Shown one piece after another: positions 43,238 to 57,021 of a stretch of DNA of 64,000 bases. Made by a program: the position numbers and the translations under genes. Source of the DNA: Eledone cirrhosa (taxonomy: Eukaryota); the NCBI GenBank assembly GCA_964016885.1, contig OZ024740.1, forward strand, positions 186,062,001-186,126,000, written 5' to 3'. Positions within the stretch are counted from its first letter, which is position 1; each line of letters opens with the position of its first letter. The notes under the pieces were generated by a model. The model saw only the letters and a list, made by a program, of their open reading frames with translations, was not told where the DNA came from and ran no database searches.

Positions 43238-43675
43238 GTGTGTGTGTGTGTATGTGTTTAAGTGAAACTGTACACATGAGTCATTCATATGTGGACTTGT
43301 GCGAGTGTATACACACAGTCACACAAACACACACACATATATATCTATATATAATTATATATGTGTGTGTTTATGTATGTGTCCGTTTTATATATGTGAT
43401 TATGTTTATATATTATGCATATTGTACATACGTGCTTAAACTGATGCATGCGTAACAACAAATGCACACACATATATTGTTTTAATCAGATAACTCTATA
43501 TATTTTGATGTATAGATATATGCATACACTCATACACATGCACATACACACACATTCATATATTTATACATATAAGTATGTGTGTGTGTATATATTTCTA
43601 TCTATATATGTGTGTGTGTATATGTATATTTGTGTGTGTGTCTTAGTGTTTGTATGCATATTTCTATACATCAAA

Positions 43676-43710
<35 letters not shown>

Positions 43711-43720
43711 GAATGAAGCA
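42270..43720. repeat. Compound (TA)/(TG)/(CA) low-complexity region
   Basis: Direct inspection. Confidence 0.9.
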
Positions 43721-44149
43721 ATTATGTGCAAATCAAGAGATAATGAAATCAACTCGATACGCACTTGATTGCATTATCCATCTTTAATTGTAGCCAAACT
43801 TTGATTAAGTAAATCATTCAAAGAGCAGAATTGAGTTATTTTCTTGAATTCCCAGTAATAATATATCATTAATTAGAGGAAATTCAATCATATTACTCTA
43901 ATTTCATTAGATGTTTATCGTGACTATTATTCTATTAAAATAGATTTGCAAAAGTTCGGTCTCGTTCAAAAATATTTCCTACAAAATTATCGCACTTGCG
44001 CTAATCTATTCATTTAAAGAACATTCAGCAGTTGAAGGGTTACTTATGAATTCAGCTTTGTATATAAACACGTTTCAGTCTCAGAAAGACTAATAAAACA
44101 ACTCAAACTTTCAACTATCCCTATGAAACTTTAGGTGATTGCTGGTGAA

Positions 44150-44342
44150 TATTCAGTTGTGACACTAAGGCATTAAGCGTCTAGGAGTACACAATAGTGC
44201 AACATTTTCCCAGTCCCATACAATGTGCTTGAGGACCTTTCCCCCACGAACCTCCTACGAATAAAGGGGCAAAATAGAAGAAGAAGAAGAAGAAGAAGAA
44301 GAAGAAGAAGAAGAAGAAGAAGATGATGATGATGATGATGAT
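44150..44342 (+). mobile_element. RTE LINE extreme 3' end with expanded (AAG)n(GAT)n tail
   Basis: CCCCACGAACCTCCTACGAATAA...GAAGAAG resembles the 3' ends at ~35230-35275 (-) and ~56075-56113 (+). Confidence 0.5.
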
Positions 44343-44779
44343 CATTACGAAATCACACTACCACAAGATACTTTGTGCACCCACAGCTGTATACAACAGT
44401 GTATTTTACTCAATGATAACTGAAATAAATTTCAGAAATAAAGTATACTAATACAGATTTAAGAATTAGGGTTGTGGTCGTGGCAATAACCGAACAAGTC
44501 ATCAATAAAACACAGCTAGTATCAACCAATTAATAAAACAATTAATACAAATATTTTTTTAAATGTTGATCGATTCATGACTCAGGTCCATAAATTATAT
44601 AAGTGACCTTGAGCCAATCATCTATGAAACGTACGTAACAGCGCGATAATCATTTAACACATGGAAACGAAACTTCATTATTGTTTTTCTTAATACATAT
44701 GTATATACATATATGTGTGTGTGTGAGAGAGAGGGAGAGGGAATGAGAGAGATAGAGTGTATGTGTGTCCCGGGTTCTC

Positions 44780-44822
<43 letters not shown>

Positions 44823-46664
44823 TATATAGACCAGAAATGTGTGTTCTTAAATTTATATACTGTACTTTTGTCATAATGGCTAAGGCCCAATATCTCGGAA
44901 GTTCGATTTGCAACAAAAAGGCTCCATATCCAATCCTGTCCTATAGCTCTTGTGGATACTATCGGATAAAATGTACTTGTAATTTTAAATGTCGGCTCTG
45001 TCACATGCAAATGAGGAATTTGTCTATAAATTGCATAAATCATATTTTTATCAAAGACTTTCAGCTGACTATATTACGTGTCTGCATTCTAAGGGTAATA
45101 GTAATCCGTAAGCACAATGTTTCCTTGATTTGATTTTAATGTAATATATTGTTAATATTAAGCTTCGCTCTTATGTATCATGTTTACACATGGCATATTA
45201 CAGTAATATAATTGTCCAGCCAACAATTTGTATGTTGCATTAATTCTGGTTTACACTAAGCATATTTAATGAATATTCAGATACTAAAGAAATATGTGCT
45301 CAGTATATTAATTGTGTAAAATTAGAGAATCATGATGTACTAAACTTGTGTAAAAAAGCGTATATATGTATGTTCTGAATTGTAGGCTGGAGTGTTGCAC
45401 CGAGGTAGCTAACAGTTTGCATATGAATAACTCTTTTCATAGATCATGAGCTTTCTGTAAAAATGTCTATGGCCTCAAGCATTGCAACACACATTGGAAA
45501 TAGCTTCTGAATAGAAAGCTAATATATTCTCATTAATTATGTAAATTAGTAAATATATTTCAGAGAAATTTAAGGAAAATAATTCAGAGCAAAATATTTT
45601 TAGGTTTTGTGCTTATTTTTTTTTCAGCTAAAATGATATATCTCAAACTGAAGAATTTCTTCAATCACTAGCCTGCAATAGTTCTGGTTGATCACGTTTC
45701 CCTGATGAAATTGTCTGTGTAAGCGGTTAAATATGCTTTCGTTGTTAAGAAAGCCGGGCAAGGCCAACTTTGCCTGCATGTGTATAATATATTAGCTGAA
45801 TCATTAATTACATATATTTTATTTATCAAACATACAACAAGCATTTATTATTAAAAGCATATCAAATTATAACATGTATTTAATTGCTTTTTGCATATGT
45901 TCTTCTAATCTTATTATATGTCACTTATCGGTTAGAATTTCATTCAATAAATTATATCCTTTCTCCTTTTCAGGATATACTAACATTTTATGATTTTGGA
46001 ATACTTGTGGATATATTTAGTCTTATATACGGTAAGTTAACTTATTTATTAACTTTGCTTCTATAACAAAGTGATCGTTATTTCATTCTCCATACAATTG
46101 CCTTTAAATAACCACCACGACTAGTTATTTCCAATTTGCAATGATCACAACATTTCCCTCACTTTTCCTTCTCAAACTGTAATGATCTGTCAGAAATCTG
46201 TTATGTACATTGATATATACGATATTCATATAATAACTCAACAAATTCCTTTGTAAAATAGGTTATTAAAGATAGGTGAACAAAACAACAAATTAAGTAA
46301 GATGAGGAAAAGAAGAAATCAAGTGCAAAGTGATTTAAAGTGTTGAACAATAACATACAGAAATAGCTACTGTAGTTGATCTGGGTTTGATTTCTTAACA
46401 ACTTTCTTTAATCCCCCAAACTCACAGAACTTCTATTGTAACGAAACTTCTTTTATCTTAACGTCTCTCTCCACTCTCCGGTTCACCTTCAATAATATTT
46501 CAACAAAATTGGAATCTTTGTCCTCCTATGTTTTGTATCCTTTCTATTGTTTATTTTCTCTTTACTCACTCTATCGTTTTTATTCGTATGACTCCTTGTT
46601 GTTGCCCCCCCCCCCCCTCTCACTCTATTTTTTTCTCTCCTCTCACTTTTTTCTCTCTCACTAA

Positions 46665-46782
<118 letters not shown>

Positions 46783-47350
46783 GTCTTTCATTCTATCTCT
46801 TTCTCGGCCTCGTAAATACATATGCCAAGATATGCTTAGGCAGCCATTTTAATTGATGCTCTATTTGTCCGCAATATGCGCTGATGTCACCAATACAAGC
46901 GTAATCTGTCATTCATATTTGTCCAATTCAGTTGACAGGCAGCAACGTTAATGATATTATTATTGGTGCTGCTGGTGCTGGTGGTAACTTTTGTGGTTCA
47001 TGTCAGACTTTATTATACACACACATACATATGTATATGTGTGAGTGTGCATGTGTGTATAACAAAAAGTGACAAAAAAAATACAAAAACAATTTATGTT
47101 TTTAGGTTCAAACTTTATATATATAATATATATATATGTGTGTGTGTACGTGTGTGTGTGTGTATGTGTGTGTGTGTGTGTGTGTGTGCGTGTGTGTGTA
47201 CATGTACATAGCCATGTGTGTCTGCATGTGTGGGCCTGAATATATTTTCCAATACATCATTTCTTTTTCAACTGGATTTGAGGGCGGTGTGATTGTTATT
47301 TCGAGACAATTGAATACCCGCTGAGAGACTGCTCCTGGGTTCGTGTCATT

Positions 47351-47533
47351 TGGATTTGCAGTATCGGTAGAGGGTCGGACGCCATGCTTTCCAGAATAGT
47401 TACGTCCCTTTACGATCTGAGTTCAAATCCCGCCGAGGTTGACTTTGCCTTTCATCCTTACGGGGTCAATAAAATAAAGTACCAGTAATGCACTGGGTAA
47501 TTGCTGGCCTTGTGCCTAAAGTAGAAACAATTA
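47351..47533 (+). mobile_element. tRNA-derived SINE (family 1), best-preserved copy
   Basis: A-box-like TTGCAGTATCGG, B-box GAGTTCAAATCCCG, body GAGGTTGACTTTGCCTTTCATCC..ATAAAATAAAGTACCAGT. Confidence 0.88.
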
Positions 47534-49888
47534 TATTTCTGGTGGATGTTAGTGTTGGTGTTGGCATTGTTGCTTTGTTTTGTGGATCCTTTTCTTTTTA
47601 CACTGACCTTATTTGAATAAACTTATCGAATTACGTATCTCTCCGACTTCTAAATGTATTTGCCAAATTGTTTTCAGTTAGCCCCAAATCCCTTGAGTTT
47701 CTCATAAGTTCAGGTATATTTTTTTTAAATACTCAAATTTGATAATTGAATTGCTATAAAACGCCGTATTTATGATATTCTCCTTTATATATATATTTCA
47801 ATCACGTTCGGGAATTAATTTCTTGAAGAATGATGGAATATCACGTTTGACATTTCAATAGTTATTTCATTAACTTAAAGTTTCCTATGTCGATATTAAT
47901 TGTATATAAATATACATTCTTTAATACCTCCCCATAAAAAGCGCTGCTTATTAATGTAAATGCTTAGGTGTGTTATTATGTTAAATATGAAGCAAATGTA
48001 AATATTTGGAAGGGTTTAATGTGATATAAATGAACAGTTATCTACATAACTGTCTTCATCCGTGAAAAATTTTGTTGATGTTCGTTTTACGTCTAATTCC
48101 CGTTCTCTCGTTTGAACTTAATATTACTTATTCTCAAATATAAATTGAGATATTTCTGATAATACAGTAGCCTTTTTCGAGAATTGGAATTACCAACGAA
48201 ATCATTATGTCGTCAATTAGATTCCATTAAACATAATAATAATATATCTGCATTCGGTTTTAATGACTATAAGACACGCCATTACGATAAATGCAAGATT
48301 ATAAATGTTGAATTACTAGAGCATCATTAACTCAAAGTAGAACATTCTGTATATTTTATTCTAATTCGAAAGAATATTCTATTGATCAAAATTTAATCTA
48401 TTGAGGGATTAAGAATAAGTTGAGCGGAAAATAATGTGAATATTCAATATATTAATATCACTTAAAACTAATTAAGAAACCAAAGCAGATTTCTAGCAGG
48501 GCCATATTAGCAGAAAAAACTATTGTCACTGTTTTGTTTTAACTTGATTTAACAAACCCATGCTAAAATACATATCATCCGTGTTCGTCCATCATTTTGA
48601 CAGTATCTAGAACCACATTATATAATACGTCGGCCTTCTGATTATAACAACAGGGTAGGAATTAAGGAAGATTTAACTGTTATTTCTAAATGACCGTTTA
48701 GGTTGCAGCAAATGCACTTCTATAGGAGCACATCTGGATATATATATATACCAAGCTGTTACCCATCCATAATTTCTGCATGAAACAAACCATTAGTGGT
48801 ACAATTTCAATGTACATATTTCTATTTCGTTTTACATATGAATGTCATCCATACTTGTATTTCAGTATATTATATTATTTCTGTTATTTTTCGTCTGAAG
48901 GATGATGTAAACAAATTTTTTGTAAAACATTTGTATTCCGGAAAATAAACAAGGGATGCCAATATTACTTTAAAATCATTAGATACTTAATAAGAGACAA
49001 ATATAACAATTTCCAGTGTATAAGTTGTATATATTCTGTAGACTCTCGAGAAGCAAAAGAGATTCAAATGATTTTTTTCATCTAAAAATGTTGAATCAGG
49101 TGCGAAATACGGTTCAACAATGCATCCGATCAAATAACAATCCATATTCAAATTGAATATTGATTGTTTTTATAACCTCCGTAATCTCAAACTGGGGAAG
49201 CACTCAAACAATTAAATCAATTTAGTACTATATTTCGGGTGGTTAAAATGCCATGTAGGTATTGAACTTATAAGACAAATTAATGTAACTAATGCCATCA
49301 CCTTTTTTTTCAATCAGCATTTTACTGTTTTGCAAGTCATTTCCATCATTTCAAATATATTTCGAATTAAATATTAGATCCATTTCTAATATTCGAAAAT
49401 GTTATACAAATGAATGAATTAATTATATAGTATTATGTCTTCGCAGATTTTTCACATTTAATAATAACTTGCTATGTTGTCAAATAGTAAAGATAATGAA
49501 TAGATATAATCCAATTCTATGCAAACTTACAAGTCATATTGTATTAAATATAAATCTATACCATAAAACTTATGGGATATATTTGCTAATTTGGATCCGT
49601 TGCAATAAAATAACAACTGAACCCAATATAAAATATATAAAATTCTATAAACATATTATACTGGACATATTTTTGTCATAAAGAAGGCATTATTTCACAT
49701 TCTATCAGTTTTCTTCGAAGAAAAAATAAACATTTTCTATGAAATTAATTTTCAATATCTAGAAATTATGCCATCCTTTGATTGGTGGGCGCGCGAAGAA
49801 TTTGTGAAACGTGTGAGTATCGTTCTCCGAATAAAAGACAAGGTCGTTATGAATTTCTTGAATACGTCATCAAATAAATGACAATCTA

Positions 49889-50012
<124 letters not shown>

Positions 50013-50016
50013 TGTG

Positions 50017-50050
<34 letters not shown>

Positions 50051-50067
50051 TATATATATATGTATAC

Positions 50068-50127
<60 letters not shown>

Positions 50128-50230
50128 CTGTATTTGTGTATTAATGTCATGTCTGTGTAAGATGGAAATATTTTTTTCTTACGATTTCTAAGGAATTCAA
50201 ATAGACATCATAAAAGAAGGCTTTGATCTT

Positions 50231-50267
<37 letters not shown>

Positions 50268-50807
50268 ATACACTATCAGATCTCGCTACCTGACACGAGA
50301 GGTGTATGCTTATCGAGTTGTATACTAAATATACTACTGTCTTCTCGTGAATATTAAAGCAGAAATGTGCTATAGGAGAAGACACTTTTATTGATGCTTG
50401 TTTAAAAGACTGGACATAAGCAAGGGAAGCCGGAAAACCGCGTAAATCTTCTACACATTCATCGTGTGTAAACCGGCTTAAATAGAATCCAAACAAAAGA
50501 ATCGAAATCAAATTGAAATTTGAATTTAACTTACAAATAATGAATATTGAAAGCGATAACTTTGAAATATATTTTAGAACAATAAATGCGATATTATGTA
50601 GGAAGCGTGGCATACAGTCATTATATTGTACGACAAAAAACAACAACATTTATCTGGAAAATATTTAAAGGAATATCGATTACTGTATTGGAATGAAAAG
50701 AAGAAATGTAAGATTCTTCCACACATTCAATTATATAGGAGACTACCATAGCTTGTATTCAGATATATGAAAGGTACGCGATTTTAGTATATAGTGTATA
50801 TGATAGA

Positions 50808-50957
50808 GGCGACGAATTGGCAGAATCGTTAGAACGTCGGATAGAATGCTTTGCAGTATTTGTTCCAAATCTCTGACACCTGAGTTCAAATCCAACTGAG
50901 GCCAACTATGCCTTTCGAAGCCGATGGAAAATGTGTCAATCTAATACTGGGGTTAAT
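50808..50957 (+). mobile_element. Decayed SINE family 1
   Basis: TTGGCAGAATCGTTAGAACGTCGG...GAGTTCAAATCCAACTGAGGCCAACTATGCCTTTC. Confidence 0.75.
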
Positions 50958-51373
50958 GTGTCCTCTATATCTCTTTCTTACTTCCTCTCTCTGTCTTTTC
51001 ATACTTCTTTTGAAAAAAATCTGTTGTGTTCAAACTTAGTGCGGGGATGGGTCCTCTAGGCATAACATGTCCAGGAAACGCTGACTGTCACTATGTCGCC
51101 CTTACGACTTTCTTAAACGTTCGGTACCATAGTATATATGTTAGAAATTAACGATTTATTGTTGTTGTTCCGGACCCCTATCCGTTGAGTTCTCATCTCA
51201 CCGAAGCTCACTCTGTTTTTCTTTATTTTCTTATCGAAAATAAAAGTATGAATTTAGTGCTGGTGCAGCAGTTCAAAGTTGACGGTGAGTACATCTAATA
51301 AGATTAGGGAAGGATAGTTCATTCTAAAATGGCATACACTATTGCAAGGAAAGCCCATACCTACTATACATTA

Positions 51374-52110
51374 ATATGGAACTATGATCTCGCTGTATGG
51401 CAATGGGGGGGGGGGGTTAGCAATATACGGTACTACGATGCTAGGTGCCGCAGTATGGCACTGCGGAGCTAGGGTGACACACTATGGCACTGGGAAGCTT
51501 CAGAGACACAGTATAGAAATATGAAACTAGGATGTCAGAGTATGGCAATGGGGAGATAGGGTGGAAAAATACGGCACTTCTGAGCTAGGGTGGCACACTC
51601 TGGAATTTGTGAGCTTGAGTGACACAGAATGGAAATATGGAACTAGGATGTCGTAGTATGCAGTGGGGAAATAGGGTGGAAGAATACGGAACTTCTGGAC
51701 TAGTCTGGCGCAAAATGACACTGTGGAGCTAGTGTGGCACAGTATGGGAATCTGGACCTAAGATATCGAAGTATGGCAATGGGGAGATGACGTGGAAAAA
51801 TACGGCACTTTGGAGCTAGGGTGTCGCACAATGGTACTGTGGAGCTAGGGTGGCACACTATGGCACTGAGAAGCTTCAGTGAAACAGTATGGAAATATGA
51901 AAGTAGGATGACGCAGTATGGCAATGGGGAGATAGGGTGGACAATACGGCACTTCGAGGCTAGGGTGCTGCACCATAGCACTGCGGTGCTATGGTGGCAC
52001 ACTATAGAAATGGGGAGCTTCAGTGATCAGTATGGAAAGATGGAGCTAAGATGGCTCCCTATGGCAATGGGCACATGGTGTGGGAAATATGTCACTTTGA
52101 AGTTACTAGG
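51374..52110. repeat. 29-bp minisatellite with higher-order 4-5-mer organisation
   Basis: About 25 units, consensus AGCTAGGGTGGCACAGTATGGCAATGGGG; variant units recur in a fixed order. Confidence 0.9.
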
Positions 52111-52504
52111 GCAACATCCTATTTAATACCGCTCAAATTCAATGTTATCAAACCCAATCTACATCTCCATATACGACCAATACTTTCCTTCTAGCCTTCA
52201 AAGGTTTCTTAGTCATACCGATTTATTTCTTATTTCGTTCATGAAAGCATCGATTGATCTTAAATGTATCCTATTCAACAAAGATTCCCTATATCTTGTA
52301 CTATTCATCAACGATCATATTTTGTCTCGTTTCGTAATAAATCAATCGTAAAGACACAACACTCATCCTTTTTAGAAAAAAACTTCAAATAACTACCGTC
52401 GCATGACCGCTTACAGATTTTAAACTCCTATAAATTAATATCTAACAGACACTTATTGAAATTAAATAATTTATTTTCTATTGTTGGTAGATATTACCCC
52501 CTAA

Positions 52505-53530
52505 TTAGTGCCGAATTAAAATTAATAGGAGCCAATGCCGGAATAAAACACTATGGATTAGTGTCGGATTTAAAATAGTGAATTTAAGTGCCGAATTAAA
52601 AACACTAATGATCAGTACCGGATTAAAATTAATAGCGATAACTTCCGGATTAAAAATAATAAGTCTCAGTGCCGGATTAAAAAGAATAAGTGTCAGTGCC
52701 GGATTAAAATTATTAAGGGTCACTGCTGGAATTAAAGAAATAAGGATCAATGCCGGATTAAAAAGTGTCAGTGCCGAATTAAAAACATTAGTCAGTCCCG
52801 GATTAAAAATAATGGTCATTGTTAGATTAAAACACGAAAGGAATAGTGGCGGATTAAAAATATTAAGGGTCAGTCACGGATTAAACGGTGGCACAAATGA
52901 TCGACGCCGGATTAAGATAATGAGAATCACTGCCGGATTAAAAATAATAAGGGTCACTGCTGCATTTAAACAAATAAGGATCAGTGCCGGATTAAAAATA
53001 ATAATTGTCAGTTCCGGATTAATGCAGAATTTAAAATAAAATGTTTGAGAGCCAGATCAAAAACATTAACAAATCAGTGCCGAATTAAAAATAGTAAGTT
53101 TAAGTCTCGGATTAAAAACACAGTGCCGTGTTAAAATTAATAAGGATAAGTCCCACATTAAAAATAATAAGGAGCAGTGTCTGATTAAAACACTAGGGAT
53201 TAGAGCCGGTTTAAAAATAGTAAATTTAAGTTCCGGATTAAAAACACTAATTATCATTGCCGGATTAAAAATAATAAGCGTCGTCAGTGTTGGATTAAAG
53301 AACAAAAGGATATGTGCCGGATTAAAAACACTATGGATTAGTAGCGGATTAAAACGTGTTCGAGCCCGATTAAAACACAAATGATCGATGCCGGATTAAA
53401 AATAATAAGTTTGAGGGCAGGATCAAAAACATTAACGAATCAGTGATGGATTAAAAAATAAAAATGGTCCCTTTCAGTGTAGGATTAAAAGGCTAGGGAT
53501 TAGTACCGGATTAAAAATACTAAAAATCAC
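52505..53530. repeat. 27-bp minisatellite
   Basis: About 38 units, consensus TGCCGGATTAAAAATAATAAGGGTCAG; explains the 9-aa-repeat ORF 52578-53039. Confidence 0.92.
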
Positions 53531-55419
53531 TACCAGGTTTATCTACCTAATGTGTCCCTTTCTATTCCGTGTAAAAGTCTATGCGGTAGAGATGCCTTTA
53601 CTGTTTACACACATATTGCAGTACGTTGGTGGTCTCATTCGCACCAGTTACCAATTTCGTACTTTTCTTAGATCTCCGAGGATTAATCATTTCTAGAGGT
53701 GGCCTTTACTCGACTCATCGTAACTCCCTCACTTGGTTATATGTGTTTTATTGGGATCTCAGAGTGTTACCCATTGCTCCATTCCCTTAGTATACTATAA
53801 AAACTAATTTCGTTGGTGAGTAACATTATTGACAATATTCGAACCATGAATCGAGAGAGATTGTATGTGTGAGTGTGTAGATACCTGAACATCTTATAGC
53901 TAATTTCACGCAGTATGTCAAATGGAAAGCGATAGATTTGTTGATTCATAGATAAATTAATAGATGGGAATGGGATCGAACCTGAAGCAAGGAGATTGCA
54001 AAATAAATGTAATATAATATGTACTTTTATGTTAAGAATGTTTGCATACGTGTGTTCATCCTGTTGCTAGAAACTAATGTTATTTTGAAAGATATCGATA
54101 TATTAGATGGAAATATATGCATCAAATATTTACGTACAGAATATATTTTCTTTCATCTTATTATCACATTCTCTGATCCGTATATAAAGAGAGCAGAAAG
54201 TAAATAGTAATGGAGTTAGTATACGACTATAGTAGCTTAAATCTTGATGAATAAGCTGGAAAATAACACCGTGCATTATATAAAATTTTATATCAACGCA
54301 TAATATAATAATATCCTTCCTCAAATAGCAAATACCAAATCAGCATTACCATATTTTTCATGATTTGGAAAGCGCCGTCGTCTAACCGGTAATCTCCCAG
54401 TGGTTTAAATACGTGACCTGCTTTTGATTCTTTGTCTCAACTATTATTCTTCACCATCACCCCAATGAACAATCTCATTCGATTTGTATTAAAAATTTTG
54501 ATTTTATGCTTTGTGCTTAAGAGAATCCACATTTTCCTTTGATTCTCTCACCGCAGAACTAAATTGGAGGCAAATAAATCATTCGTCTCCAAGCTGAAGC
54601 AAGTTCTCTTCAATTTTCCTGCCAAAATATTCAAAGAAAGATATAATCCCTCAGAGATTACGATCTACCCTTTAGTTTAAGGTAGCCAACACTAATAACC
54701 GTAAAATGTTTGTTTAAATATTTTTATTTTCGTTTCCTTAAAAAAAAACTAGTTTAAGCCCTATATATTTCAGATATTCTATTTCAAATTATTGAGACAC
54801 GGTAAAAGCAATTTCATTCACCCCTCTATTATAGAACTCCAGGAAATCTTCACTTCTTTAAACAAGCCACAAAGTTGTTTTCATTTGAATTTATTCTAGA
54901 TTAGTACTAAATCAATACCTAAAACAATGCTATACAATTATTTCAGTGAAATTAATTCAGTTATTCTAATATGCCTATTATTATTATTTCTACCTCTTGA
55001 AGAATACTGTAATTTGAAATTATTAATATTTTATTTCATTCTTACTGACTCTCAAGATGAAGCATGTAGAATATATTCAGGAACAAATACACTGAAATAA
55101 AACCTGTCAAATTCATATAAAACAAGGAACACTTCAACGTACCGAATCCTCCTTGCATTATTTAGTACTATCCTTGCTATTTATAGCATCTTGTCTGATA
55201 TATGTTTTTAGTTACAAGGTTTGGTTAGGGGAATTTACATGTTTACCCAGTCTATGTAATAGAACTCTGGAGACTGATAATTTATCGACATTTTAGCTTT
55301 TGGAAGGACAAGGTATTAACTATGTCAGTTAAAATATCGTTATATAAATAAGTCTTCGAATCAGAGAAAACAAGAGCAATATATGTGTTTGCCCTCATGT
55401 AAATCACCATGAAAGTAAA

Positions 55420-56113
55420 GGAACCATTTGTCAGATCAAACCGAAGAAATTGTTTCTATTAATGACATAGTTTACCAGCTGCAAATCCTGGCAGTAGAAG
55501 CTTGAGCAGTTCACTCTACGTATGAGTGGATGTCCACTGAAGCATGTGGGTAATTTCAAGTATCACTGAGTCGTTTTCATTAGGGGGGGGGGGGGGGGGG
55601 GGCTGAATTAAATACAAGAATTGCAGGGCGCCAGCTTCAGCGTTTGGTAGTCAGCCAAACTCGATATATTCAATTCGATATTTCTGCAAGTCCTTAACTT
55701 TGGTCATCAATCTTGGGTAATGACCGAGAGAATACTAAAGCAAATACAAGCGGCTGAAATGGAGTTCCTCCTTAGCGTTTTGCAATAGCGTTACTCAACA
55801 GAGTTCGTAGCTCGAAAATCGGAGAATCGCTTCAAGTAGAGCTGTTACATCTCCGAATTGAACGATCCCTGCCTCCCTACTATGGACATATGTCAGAGTG
55901 TCTAAGAAGAAAATTGCTAGACAGTTTGTATAGGCAGAAGCAACCGGCAGGAGACACACCGGAGTAGACCCCGAGCAAGATGGGCTCAGTTAGCTTTTAC
56001 TTGGATCCCACCGGATCACGTGGAGACTGTTGTCGCTGAGAGAACTCGCTTAAAATCGTGCTTGAGAGTTCTGGCCCCACAACCCACCCATGAATATATG
56101 AGCAAAGAAGAAA
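55420..56113 (+). mobile_element. RTE-clade LINE 3' fragment, decayed
   Basis: GNFKY (FKYLG-like), GRR..R.RPRARW C-terminal motif, 3' CCCCACAACC...GAAGAAAA end. Confidence 0.65.
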
Positions 56114-56504
56114 AACTCATAACAGAAAAGTACCATGTTTCCAGTGACAAGAGGCGGTATTGATATGAGAACGCATAGAGCCTAAACTTAATCGGCAAAT
56201 CATCTAGTCCGATTATTTTATAATTCAGCTTATCCCTATCGAAGGGTACTTTATAAACTCATACAAACTTGACTACAGTGAGATATCCACTCAGAGCAAG
56301 AATCTCGCATCAATTACAAAGATAACCAAATTCCATTACTAATTTCCTCATACGCTGTCTTTTTTCTGTAAATCAATTTATATTTAAATGTAATCTGAGT
56401 GTTTCGAATATTAATAATAACATTCGATTCGTTTGCAATTATGCAAACAAGCCTCAATTTTATAGCCATGTCAGTAGAATGAACCCTTCATTCTTGCTCT
56501 TGTG

Positions 56505-56584
56505 TTGGCATGTGAACAGAACTGCAGACACTAATGTTTCTGGGTATCACGCTTCATCAGTACAGCTCACTGTTCACCTGCCAA
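56505..56584 (-). ncRNA. Type I HHR with extended stem I
   Basis: Intact CUGAUGA/GAAAC/GUC; stem II GCG/CCC has one mismatch. Confidence 0.8.
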
Positions 56585-56949
56585 ACTCTCAGATCTAGTG
56601 GAAATATATGCTATTTTCAAAAATACACAGTGACTGATCGGCCTGATTTCCATATTAGCAGACGACTGGCTGATCAGTCAGATCTGTACATTAGCAGATC
56701 CACTGATTAGCCAGATTTGCATATCAGCAGTCTGGCCAGTCAGTTTCCTGTATACGAGCGATAAATGGCCGGTTTTGCCAAATTCAAATAAAAAAGAAAA
56801 GAATTGTCGCTCTACATGGCTGAATACAATAAATGTAATCTGAGTGTTCCGAATATTAATAATAACATTCGATTCGTTGGCAATTATGCTAACAAGCCTC
56901 AATTTTATAGCCATGTCAATAGAATGAACCCTTCATTCTTGCTCTTGTG

Positions 56950-57021
56950 TTGGCATGTGAACAGAACTGCAGACACTAGTGTTTCTGGGTATAACCCTTC
57001 ACCAGTACAGCTCACTGCCAA
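56950..57021 (-). ncRNA. Type I HHR, A6G mutant
   Basis: CUGGUGA-A-GGG-uuaua-CCC-A-GAAACAC-UA-GUGUC; ~8-nt deletion in the 5' strand of stem I. Confidence 0.65.

Noticed and set aside
47351-47430. tRNA gene
   Set aside because: A and B boxes are present but there is no cloverleaf; it is the head of a multi-copy SINE.
52578-53039. 153-aa ORF with SAGLKII 9-aa repeats
   Set aside because: By-product of a 27-bp minisatellite; the frame breaks elsewhere in the array and no splice context is evident.
51374-53530. CRISPR-like regular repeats
   Set aside because: Units are contiguous diverged tandem repeats without unique spacers; eukaryotic context and no cas genes.
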